DNA of 46,143 bases, from assembly GCA_905250115.1 (NCBI GenBank), contig CAJNOI010000031.1, positions 1 through 46,143 on the forward strand. Direction: 5' to 3'. Shown here piece after piece: positions 15,549 to 26,309 of the stretch. The translations under genes and the position numbers were made by a program. Below the pieces are notes generated by a model. The model had not been told where the DNA came from. It saw only the letters and a program-made list of their open reading frames with translations, and did no database searches. Source of the stretch: Adineta steineri (Eukaryota). The number at the start of each line of letters is the position of its first letter. Position 1 is the stretch's first letter.

Positions 15549-17751
15549 ATGAAGATCAATAAATTAATATACACTCTTTTTATTTTATTTTCATTACAAT
15601 ATTATGTATTAGCTCGCAAGTATTCTCACTATTATGAAAGAAATTTAGAAGATGAACTTATTGATCTTATCAGTAGAAATCTAAATCAGATTTCATCAGA
15701 TTCCACTGAAGTTTCTCAAGAATCATATAATGATGAAAACAAAGTTGAACTTGATGATCCTGTTGATGTCGATCTTTGGAATAAATTAAATGATGAAGAC
15801 ATTAAAAAAATGCCACAAATTGATGATTATTCGAGTGAAAAACAAGCTAAAAGTTGGCTTAAATGGTATTTACGTGTGTCGAAACGATATCATCAAATTT
15901 CAGTTCTTCTCGGATGGAATCATAAAACTAATCTAACCGAAGAAAATCGAAAAGCAATGTCAGCACAACATCTTAAATCAGCACCATTCGGACGTCAAAC
16001 ATTACCAATAGCAAAAAAATTTGATGAATATATGACACATTCATCTGATGAAGATTTAAAACGTACTTATGATCGTTTAGCACGAGGTACTGTCAGTAAT
16101 AATGATGAAAATGTAAAAAAAAGTTCAAAATTACATGCGCAATTAGAACAAATCTATTCAACAGCAGAAGTATGTGAATTAAATGATAATACAAAATGTT
16201 ATACACTTTCACCTTATTTGGAACGATTAATGCAAATTGAAAAAGATTATGATCGTTTATTATGGGCATGGAAAGGTTGGCATAATCAATGTGGCAATAA
16301 AATTCGTCCAGTTTATTTACCATATATTGATTTATTAGATGAAAATATTAAAGAAAATGGATATAAAGATGAAGCGGTTAGTGAATAAATTTTGTAAGAT
16401 TTATTTTATAATTCAGTTTTTTCTTTTAGCAAAAATGGATTGAAGAATATGAAATGGGTAATGAAACAGAATTCGAAAGTATTCTAGATCAAAGTCTTCA
16501 AGATATTATGCCATTCTATGAACAATTACATGCTTTTGTTCGTGGACGTTTATGTGAAATATATCCTAAACGATTTGATTGTAATGGACCTATTCCCGCT
16601 CATTTACTTGGTAAGATATTTTTGAATAATTTAAATTTTAAACTAATCATTATTCAAAAAAGGTAATATGTGGGCTCAACAATGGCAAAATCGTCTTGAT
16701 GATCTTATGCCATATCCGGATGTGCCACTTGTAAATATCACACGTATTTTATATAAGAAAAAATATACTATAGAGAAAATGTATAAAACTGCTGAGAACT
16801 TTTTTACATCAATTAATCTTTATCCAATGACTCCAAAATTTTGGGCACGTAGTATGTTTACCAAACCTGTTGATCGTGATGTTGTTTGCCATGCATCGGC
16901 ATTTGATTTTCGTTATCATAATGATTATCGAGTTAAAATTTGTACTATTATGGATGATGATTATTTTTATACAATTCATCATGAAATGGGACATATAGAA
17001 TATTATATGTCATATGCAAATCAAAGATATGATTATCAAGATGGTGCTAATTCCGGTTTTCATGAAGCTATTGGAGATACAATTGGAATGTATGCAAGTG
17101 AGTACTTGAGATTTTAGTCTTTTTTTAGAAGAAATATTAATTTGGAATATTTTAGTTTCACCACGACATTTAGTAAAAATTGGTTTTCTCGATGAAGAAA
17201 GTATAAATTCTCATTATGAAATGAATTTCTTAATGCGTATGGCATTACAAAAAGTCGCATTTTTACCATTCGCATATGTAATGGATAAATATCGTTTTGC
17301 TTTATTTCGTCATGAAATAAATCGTGATACTGAACTTAATGCAAAATGGTGGGCATTACGTATTCAATATGGTGGAATTATGGCGCCAGTACCACGTAGT
17401 GATCCAGAAAATTTTGATGCAGGTGCAAAATTTCATATACCATCAGGTACACCGTATGCAAGATATTTTATAGCACATATATTACAATTTCAATTTTATC
17501 GTGCTATGTGTCGATTACAAGGACAGACGAAACGATTACATATGTGTGATATCTATGGAAATAAACATGTTGGAGAAAGATTTAAAGAAATGTTAGCAAT
17601 GGGAAGTTCGAAACCATGGTCAGAAATCTTAGAAAGTTTAACTGGAGAAAATAAATTAGAACCACAAGCAATGGTGGATTTTTTTGAACCATTATATAAA
17701 TGGTTAAAAATGGAAAATTTAGCACGAGGTTATCCTGTTGGTTGGAAGTAA
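15549..17751 (+). CDS. Angiotensin-converting-enzyme-like M2 zinc peptidase (single domain, secreted; no C-terminal TM). Exons 15549..16376, 16430..16610, 16663..17097, 17156..17751
   Basis: Signal peptide MKINKLIYTLFILFSLQYYVLA. The zinc motif HHEMGHIEYY and the downstream FHEAIGD are conserved. Further ACE/ACE2 matches: [42 protein letters not shown] (compare YEHLHAYVRAKL...LPAHLLGDMWGRFW), ILQFQFYRAMC, HMCDIYGNKHVGERFKEMLAMGSSKPWSEILESL, FFEPLYKWLK. The four exons total 2040 nt (679 aa). Confidence 0.85.
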
Positions 17752-17965
17752 TAATAATAATAAAAAAACCCTACTTTTTTTTTCGACTATGCATATCTGT
17801 GGTAATTCTTAAATTACAACAATAAAATATTTCATTTCTATTAAAACTTTTTTTTTTTTATTAATCAAAATCGAAATATTTATTAAGATTATTATATATT
17901 ATTCGATAATTCAAAAAGATAATAAAATGGACGGAAAAAGAAAGTGAGATTAATCAAACATGAGT

Positions 17966-18395
17966 TTAGACTTCTGATTTATCTTCCATACGATTTGTTA
18001 ATTCGTCGATCATAAAATGAATTGGATCTTTAGGTCGAGTAAGGACAATTTTTCCTGATAATTTCTATAAAAAATAATAATTGAATATTCGAAATGATTA
18101 TCTAATATTTTACTTTAAATAATTGATAGATGCCATGTTGCATCATATATTTATCAGCTAGAATATCCGGATTTTCATTTGGTACTGTTTTATGTAAAAC
18201 AGCGTCGATTTCTTCATCTGTTGCATCTTGTTTTTCTCCATTTTCATTTGTAGTTATTAAACCAAGCATTTCTAAACGTCGTTGTGCTTCTGGATGTAAA
18301 GTTTCAAGATTAAATCTAGGTATTTTTGGTACAATAAAACTCTCATTATCCATTGATTGAAAATTAAGCACTTCACTCTGTTCTTCAAACGACAT
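17966..18395 (-). CDS. Dpy-30-motif protein (small, about 126 aa). Exons 18114..18395 and 17966..18064
   Basis: ORF MSFEEQSEVLNFQSMDNESF...YMMQHGIYQLFK is spliced (GTAAAA...TTTTATAG) to KLSGKIVLTRPKDPIHFMIDELTNRMEDKSEV(stop). KDPIHFMIDEL fits the Dpy-30/RIIa-like dimerisation motif (P.NPIEFLA.YLL). Confidence 0.5.
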
Positions 18396-18496
18396 TTCTG
18401 AAATCTTAAAAAGAAATAATGTTTAATAATATCAATACTACTAAAAAAAAGCGAATGTTTTATTTTATTTAGAAAAAGAAAGAAACAGTTTATTAA

Positions 18497-19149
<653 letters not shown>

Positions 19150-19266
19150 TTTAGAAAAAAATTTATTTTCTACAACACAAACAAGAAATTAATTATATTA
19201 CATATCAAATGAGAATGAGATATATATATATATATATTTATTTATTTAAAAGAAAACAAATATTTT

Positions 19267-19808
19267 CTAAACAGCCGATTGACGATAATTTTTTGTTTGT
19301 AAAATTTTTACACCACACATTCCACAGATACCTAATTTATACGAGCAAGCTAAATGAAAAGAAAGAAAAATAATTGATAGAATAAATAGAATTACAGAAC
19401 AAACCTTGGCAGTAAGTACCTCCTGGTTGATGAACTGTAGCTTTACAAACCTTACATTTATTGAATTTTGTTGTATATGGGCTGTATCTATAGTTAAATA
19501 AGATATATGTAATTGTATATATATCAATAAATATTACAAACCGTGTTGATTTTCCTGTTAATAATTTATTTTCATTTAATTTTCTACCACCACTTTCTAT
19601 TAAAATTTAATATAAAACATATCGAAGAATAATATAGAAAATTCATACCAACTGTATTACGAGAACCACCTAATAAAATAAATTTAGATATATAGAAAAA
19701 CAATTTATAAACATACTTTTCCAAACATCTTGTGTCGCAACAGTACCTACTTTCTTTTGACCTAAATAATATATCATATTTTTCAAAACTGTTTTCTTTC
19801 AAATTCAT
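19267..19808 (-). CDS. Unassigned small ORF pair (candidate small Cys-rich protein gene); structure unresolved
   Basis: Two same-strand ORFs, MNLKENSFEKYDILFRSKESRYCCDTRCLEKY... (19584..19808) and ...KVCKATVHQPGGTYCQ ... ACSYKLGICGMCGVKILQTKNYRQSAV (19267..19527), separated by GT..AG-bounded AT-rich segments. CDTRCLEKY resembles the second CX3C motif of small Tim proteins (C...C[LV][ED][KR][YF]), but no first motif was found. ORFs of this length are uncommon by chance in 70% AT sequence. Confidence 0.25.
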
Positions 19809-19896
19809 AAGACTTACAATTATCGCAAACCATAATAATCTATATTATAATCTTTTTAATATCTAGAATAAAGAGAACCTATATTTATAATTCATT

Positions 19897-20551
19897 CTAA
19901 TCAGCTAATGGATTCGCATGAATAGTAACACGTTGTATTCGAACATCTGTTTCTGGTCGATATGTTTTTTCATTCACAGGTATTTTTTCTAATTCATCAA
20001 GTGTTTCAAGTCCATCAATGACTTTACCAAATACAGTATATTTTCCATCAAGATTCGTCTGTTTTCCATAAGTTATAAAGAATTGTGAACCATTTGTATT
20101 CGCACCACGACTAGCCATTGAAACCATTCCACGTTGACTATGCTAAATAAATATATTTCTTAGCTTTAAAAAGAAAAAGAATGGAATTCGATCTGATAAT
20201 TTACTTTTAAATGTTCATTAATTTCATCCTAAATAAACAAATAAATAAATAAATGATAAGTTATGTATTAATAATCTTACTGGAAAATATTCTCCCCAAA
20301 TACTTTGACCACCTTTACCTAATCCAGTTGGATCACCCGTTTGAATCATATAACCTTTAACATTTCGATGGAATAAACAATTATCATAATAATTACTTGC
20401 ACATAATGCCAAAAAATTCTAAATTTATTTTTTAATAAATTCAATCTATTCTTCTGTTTATTTAAATATTTACTTCACATGCTTTTGGACATTGGTCACA
20501 ATAGAGTTCAATTTTAATATCACCTAAATCTGTATGTAATGTTACAGACAT
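19897..20551 (-). CDS. PPIL3: Peptidyl-prolyl cis-trans isomerase-like 3 (cyclophilin PPIL3). Exons 20474..20551, 20281..20418, 20205..20228 (24-nt micro-exon), 19897..20142
   Basis: Spliced 161-aa product: [161 protein letters not shown]. It is colinear with human PPIL3 ([143 protein letters not shown]) and has the same length (161 aa). Confidence 0.92.
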
Positions 20552-20688
20552 CTATAAAGAAGAAAAAAATAGAAATTACAAAGTAATCTTATAGATTTTT
20601 GAAATAAAGAAACAATATCTATATGCTTCGAATAAATATGAAAAACGAAAAGTATTTTACAATAATTGCACATGCTATTTTTTATTGT

Positions 20689-22673
20689 TTATGCTAATTC
20701 TGGATTAGTGTCAACAACTATTGCTGCTGCATGATGTTCAATTTCATCTTTTGTTTGTCGACGATATTCACAATGGAAAAATGTAATGAAACAAATAACA
20801 AGAACAACCGATGTTACTGCTAAAATATATACAGGAACTAAACAAAGAATAAATTTTTAATTATATTTTAACAGAATGAATAGTTATACTAGAATAATCT
20901 CGAATGTCATTAAGTTTTCCATCTTGAACTTCACACTTTTGTATACTCATTTGATGAGCAGAAGGTGCCATTGTAAAATATGGTAAAATTACAATAGCAA
21001 GAATACTTCCTAATTGACTATAAAAAAGAAATCATGAAAAATTTTATTCAGATAAATATAAACCATAGATTTTATTATTATTTACCTGGCAACCATGAAT
21101 ATACCTGCAACAGTAGCTTCTGGAACTGGATGGGTTCTAAAAATAATTGATAGATTTATTACTAATGGAAAATTAATATGTAGAAATTACATACGTTTCA
21201 ATACTCAGATCTAAACTTAATGGAAGTACAGGTGCATTAGATAAACCAGCTATAGCAAATATTAGATAAAGCCAATACGATTTAACTTCATTTACAATGA
21301 ACTATTCAGATAAATCAAATCGATAAGGCTGCTTTTTTTCGTTAATTTTCTACTTACTAATCCAATACACATTAGTGAAATAACTCCAACTGAATATAAA
21401 ATTTTTGTTACTTCTTCTAATTTCCTCGTTTTATCCGCTATATATCCCATAAGAATACATCCAATAAGGCCAAAAATAATAAAACAACCAATACATAAAC
21501 CAACAGCTATATTATCATAACCGAATGGACACATGATTTGTTGTAATAATGTTGAAAGTGTATTATTATTTGATAAACCAATACCAACAGTAGCAAATAA
21601 AATTAAATAAGATTTTGATTTTAAAAGCTAAACGAAATATTTTTCTCAAATAAATCAAATAAATCAATTTTATACTTTTTTAAAAACTGATTTATATGGA
21701 ATTTTAACATCAAGTGAAGCTAAACATGATGGTGTTGGTGGTTGTGATGATCGAACAGTAAATGATAAAGCAGCTGCAAGTATAGCTGGTATTAATGTTA
21801 AATAAAGCTAAATGAAAATTTTTTATTAAATATAGAATATTAAAAGAAAAAATTAAACAAACTAATAAAGGTATTCGACTTTCATGTGGAACAATAATTG
21901 GTGGAGCAACAGTTCCAATAAATACACCCAAAAAATTAGCTAGGAAATAATTTTCAATTAATTTTAATCTTCATTTTATTTTTTTTTCTTACTGGCAAAA
22001 CAGAGACTATTAGCCAATGTTCGTTGATGGTCAGGAAACCAAACAAATGCAAATTTTGTTGGTAAAAATAATGTAAATGTTTGAGCAAAGGCACAAATCA
22101 TTTGTCCTATTTTAATTAAAATATATACATGATAAAAACAAGAAACTATTTAAATTTATCTTTACCAATAAAAACAATTGGATAACGACCTTTGATTGAT
22201 ACCCATGTACTAATAATACGAAAACATCCACCAATTAAATTTAACCAAACACCTGTTAAAATCTATAAAAAAAATAAATTTTATTCCGTTGATTTTGTTA
22301 AAAAAAATTTACTCCAAATCGAATACCAAATCGATCAATAGCCCATGTTGATGGTAATGTAAAAATACTACAAATAATCATAAATATAAGTGAAAGCCAA
22401 TTAATCGCGCTATATGAAACATCAAAATAACTTTTTGCTATATTAGCAATTGATGCAAAATTAATCCATAACTAAAATAAAAATTATTTTCGTCTATATA
22501 TATATACATAAAACAAAATTCTTACAATAGAATTTGACATATTTGCCAAACATATGCAAACTAAATAAAGCCATCGTCGTTTATATACTTTAAATTCAAC
22601 TGGTATTAATTCAGTTGTAGGCGATGGTGATACAGGTATTTGCTCGTCAATAGCACCGTACATCTAGAAATTG
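20689..22673 (-). CDS. FLVCR/SLC49-like major facilitator superfamily transporter, paralog A (multi-exon, more than 10 small exons; gene span given)
   Basis: N-terminus MYGAIDEQIPVSPSPTTELIPVEFKVYKRRWLYLVCICLANMSNSI (22673 downward). Internal exons encode ...MCPFGYDNIAVGLCIGCFIIFGLIGCILMGYIADKTRKLEEVTKILYSVGVISLM..., ...GVFIGTVAPPIIVPHESRIPLLV.... The C-terminus ...AVTSVVLVICFITFFHCEYRRQTKDEIEHHAAAIVVDTNPELA has its stop at 20689. There are many hydrophobic TM segments. The MFS/FLVCR (SLC49) signatures include KRRW..L after the N-terminal tail and the AINWLSL.F motif in the paralog. Confidence 0.7.
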
Positions 22674-22740
22674 CGTAATAACTATGAAATTATATTATAT
22701 ATATATATTTTCTTTCTTTCATAAATTTCATTTAGAAATT

Positions 22741-24222
22741 ATGATTCAGACTGATAAACTACTCTTGCCTTTATCGACAACAAAAACGAATATTGTATTA
22801 TTACTTAATGGATGTTTTAATCCAATACATAATAATCATATTCGTTTATTAGAATTAGCACGAGAACATTGTAATTCATTAAATCAGTATCATGTTGTTG
22901 GTGGTTATATTTCACCAGCACATGATGCATGTATTCAACGAAAAGTATCAATGTGTTATGCAACATGGCAAAATCGTCTTGAAATGTGTCATTTAGCTGT
23001 TCAAGATTCATCATGGATTATGATTGATGAATGGCAAATATCTCAAGAGAAAAATCCTGGTGGACAACAATCGAAACAACATCTAGGTGATTTTCTACGA
23101 AAATCTTATCCTACAATTGAAATTATATCGATTTGTGGTGGTGATGCATTACCAAAATTTAAATCAACATTTAAAAAAGAACTTGTTATTTGTATAACTA
23201 ATCGACCGATCGATGAATTTGATTTTAATGAATGGTTTCAATCATCAACAATAAAACCGTATCATAATAATATCATTCATCTACATGATAATCAATGTAT
23301 AAAATATATGAGTAGTACTAATATTCGTCAACAGATAAGTCAAAATCTTTTGGATTCGCCAATCAATGATATTCACCCATCGGTACTTGATTATCATCGT
23401 CAACATGGAATTAATTATCGTTCAGTAAATGAAACCATTCTTTGGTCAGAATTTGATAATAATGAAGAAATTGAAATTGGTCAAGGTCGATGTGCAACAG
23501 TTTATTCTAAACAATATAAAAATGAAGAAGTTGCTGTTAAAGTTATTCGTGAACGTAAACAATTTGAAAATGAATCAAAAATTCTAACATTATTAACTAA
23601 TGAAACATCGTATCATGTAAATGTAATTCGTATATTTGGAATAGGTAATCAATTTTGTGTTATGGAAAAATGTAATATTGATCTTCTTTCATATATTAAA
23701 TTAAATCGTATATCAACATGTCAAACAATAGAATCAATCTTTCCCAATATACAATGGTTACAATTTATTAAACAAATGTTAGCAGGTTTTGTTCATCTTG
23801 TTTCACTTGGAATTCTTCATCGTGATATTAAAACTGATAATATTCTTCTATCAAATATGACTGTTAAAATATCAGATTTTAGTGTATCAATTAATACCAA
23901 TTCTATGAATAAAATGCCAGTTAGAGGATCAATACGTCATTATGCACCAGAAGCTCTTGAAGATAAAAAAATTTATACAGAGAAATCGGATATTTACATG
24001 TTTGGATGTTTACTTTATGAAATAGCTCATGGTGCAGAACGTATTTGGAATGAAAATACTACACCTGAAGTTGTCAAACGACGATTAAATGGTGAAAAAC
24101 CAATTTTTTCTGTACCATGTGAATCATGGTATATTAATATGGTTTTAGATGATTGTTTGGCTATGAAGGATGACGAACGATCAACATTTGAACAATTATT
24201 ACAAAAAATTTCTATAAAATAA
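22741..24222 (+). CDS. Fusion protein: N-terminal nicotinamide/nicotinate mononucleotide adenylyltransferase (NMNAT) domain plus C-terminal Ser/Thr protein-kinase-like domain. A single continuous ORF (ORF track 22684..24222; the likely start is M at 22741)
   Basis: NMNAT part: LLLNGCFNPIHNNHIRLLELAREH carries the GxFxPxHxxH nucleotidyltransferase motif. VVGGYISPAHDACIQRKVSMCYATWQNRLEMCHLAV..SSWIMIDEWQ and ICGGDALPKF...YMSSTNIRQQI (the SxTxxR motif) match NMNAT1-3. Kinase part: Gly loop IGQGRCATVY, VAVKV (the beta3 Lys), HRDIKTDNILL (catalytic loop), ISDFSVS (DFG replaced by DFS), and HYAPEAL (APE). There is no stop or frame change between the domains. Confidence 0.8.
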   Translation: MIQTDKLLLPLSTTKTNIVLLLNGCFNPIHNNHIRLLELAREHCNSLNQYHVVGGYISPAHDACIQRKVSMCYATWQNRLEMCHLAVQDSSWIMIDEWQISQEKNPGGQQSKQHLGDFLRKSYPTIEIISICGGDALPKFKSTFKKELVICITNRPIDEFDFNEWFQSSTIKPYHNNIIHLHDNQCIKYMSSTNIRQQISQNLLDSPINDIHPSVLDYHRQHGINYRSVNETILWSEFDNNEEIEIGQGRCATVYSKQYKNEEVAVKVIRERKQFENESKILTLLTNETSYHVNVIRIFGIGNQFCVMEKCNIDLLSYIKLNRISTCQTIESIFPNIQWLQFIKQMLAGFVHLVSLGILHRDIKTDNILLSNMTVKISDFSVSINTNSMNKMPVRGSIRHYAPEALEDKKIYTEKSDIYMFGCLLYEIAHGAERIWNENTTPEVVKRRLNGEKPIFSVPCESWYINMVLDDCLAMKDDERSTFEQLLQKISIK

Positions 24223-25018
24223 TTATAAGAAAGGATCAGCAGATGAAAATTATCATACACCAATGAAAGAAAAGATTATTTTACTATATATATATATATA
24301 TGTATGTTCAGTGACATCTCTCATAAATGAGTCATTGAAATTTTTTTCTTTTTAAAAATAGAAATCTAATTGAATGTAATATAAGTTGTTATAAAACGTT
24401 GTCTATTGACAGTTGAAAAGTTTTGAACAGATGTTTTATAAGTAATTTGATCTGTTAAAAATAATGATCTTGATTTTATTATCTTTCAAGTATATATATA
24501 GTCAAGTATTTAATGATTTTCATTAAATTAAAAGAAACTGCAGTATGAATTCTCTGAGTAAAGAATTTCTAATAAACTGCTGACTGTCAAGTTGCATAAT
24601 GGTTCACTAATATCAATTTTATTCTAACCATACTGATCATATCTGTTGATGTGAAATGGAATACGGTTGCTCAATAGATGTATATCTTGAAGAGACATAT
24701 ATGCTTATTTTATTATATTTCGTTAGTAAATATGATTCAATACTATGATAAGCACAAATATCTATAAATTAGGTAGTTATTACGGGTTAGTAGATTATTA
24801 AGTATTAGTGTTTTCATTAAATCTGCGCAACGCCATATTGCATACAAAACAAAATTATATTTATTTCATGCGGTTTGTCTGATCATATTAATTTTAAGTG
24901 AATACATTCTTTCATAATGTAATTTCGTTAGCAAAAGATAGTTTACAATTAACTAACTGATGGTTAGTTCGTTTATTATTAATATTTCAATTACAATATA
25001 ACAACGAATATGAATAAA

Positions 25019-26234
25019 TCAAAATATACATCTTTTAAACAATGAGGTATGATGTAAAGCATACCATGTGACGGTTAACATATCATTCGATAATATAGTT
25101 ACTTTTGTACGGATAAATTGTGGATTAACATAACCTGTATGTGCAACTAAAAGAAAAATATTAGAATAAATATATATATATAAATCGATTATTTTTACTT
25201 TGTCCAATGCCTTCATAACATAAAGGAGAATCTGATTCACCTTCAAGAGGATGTATAGCAGCAAAAGTTATTTTACCATGTGGTACATTCGGATCTCCGG
25301 AAATTTTTCTAGCAATTAAAGCATCTGGAACAATTTCTGCATCTGTTAACATTCCATCAACCGTTGTTGGACATGTAAAATCATGACACAATTCTAAATG
25401 AAGTAATTCAAGACCATGACCACCATAAGATCCTATCCAAAGACCATTTAAACGTGATAATGAATGATTACTCGCATCAGTTGTTGATTGTGGAATTGAT
25501 AGAGGATGATAAATAATTGTTGAATCATCGGAACAATGTCTTGTAAAATAAATATCTCGTTCTCCGGGTATTTCCGTTAAATCATGATCATGTGTAATTA
25601 ATAATGATCGTTCATTACTGGGTAATGCTTCTTGTGATAAACCGAAATATTGTTGATTTTTATTAAAAGTTTTTATCCAAGATAATTCATGATGAGCCTG
25701 ATTGTATTGATGACAATAGATTTGATGAGATAAACTATCAATAGTAAATAATTTTGATCGTATAAAAACTGGTTTTAAAAATGATTCATTCGCTTCTTCA
25801 TCTTCATCATCAAAATAATATTGAGCTATATTATTTGAAGCATTCATTACACTTAATTTTTCTCCTGTAATAGTTCCATCTAATATATTTAATGTAACAT
25901 CAGTAAGACCACCAAAATATCTTTCATTTGATTTCCAATAACCAAGATATCGGCCATAAGGTACAAGAGTTTTTGTAAATAAACTGTAATAAAATATTTC
26001 AATTTTTATTTTATAAAAAAAGAAAAAGAATTATTCTTACTCATAAAAACTTTGTTTCATTCCATTTAATGATGGTTTAATATTATATAATCGATAGCAT
26101 AATCGTTGCCATATACGATCATCACGTGATACAGATAAAAATAATCGAGATACTCGAGAAAATGAAGCTAAATCTTTTGGTGAATCAAATTGAATAGCTA
26201 TTGAAAAGAGAATTTCATAGGGTAATTTATCCAT
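25019..26234 (-). CDS. F-box only protein 31-like (FBXO31). Approximate exons 26041..26234, 25199..25982, 25019..25146
   Basis: Exon 1 carries the F-box: MDKLPYEILFSIAIQFDSPKDLASFSRVSRLFLSVSRDDRIWQRLCYRLYNIKPSLNGMKQSFYE (compare FBXO31 [42 protein letters not shown]). Exon 2 has LFTKTLVPYGRYLGYWKSNERYFGGLTDVTLNILDG... and GLWIGSYGGHGLELLHLEL...ARKISGDPNVPHGKITFAAIHPLE (compare [27 protein letters not shown] and [36 protein letters not shown]). Exon 3 has IAHTGYVNPQFIRTKVTILSNDMLTVTWYAL (compare [29 protein letters not shown]). The exon1/exon2 phase does not close with the GT donor I chose, so it is off by 1 nt or non-canonical. Confidence 0.7.
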
Positions 26235-26309
26235 CTAAAACTAAAATATATAAATTATGTATGTTCAGAAATAAAACAATTTCTCTTTAGTATTTTTTAA
26301 AAAAATAAT

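Noticed and set aside
16093-16994. Minus-strand ORFs (16093..16323, 16809..16994) inside the ACE-like gene
   Set aside because: They are antisense to exons with strong ACE homology, so they are chance antisense ORFs.
18130-18360. 76-aa plus-strand ORF
   Set aside because: It is antisense to exon 1 of the Dpy-30-motif gene.
22817-23014. 65-aa minus-strand ORF
   Set aside because: It is antisense to the NMNAT domain coding region.
24027-24263. 78-aa minus-strand ORF
   Set aside because: It is antisense to the 3' end of the kinase domain.
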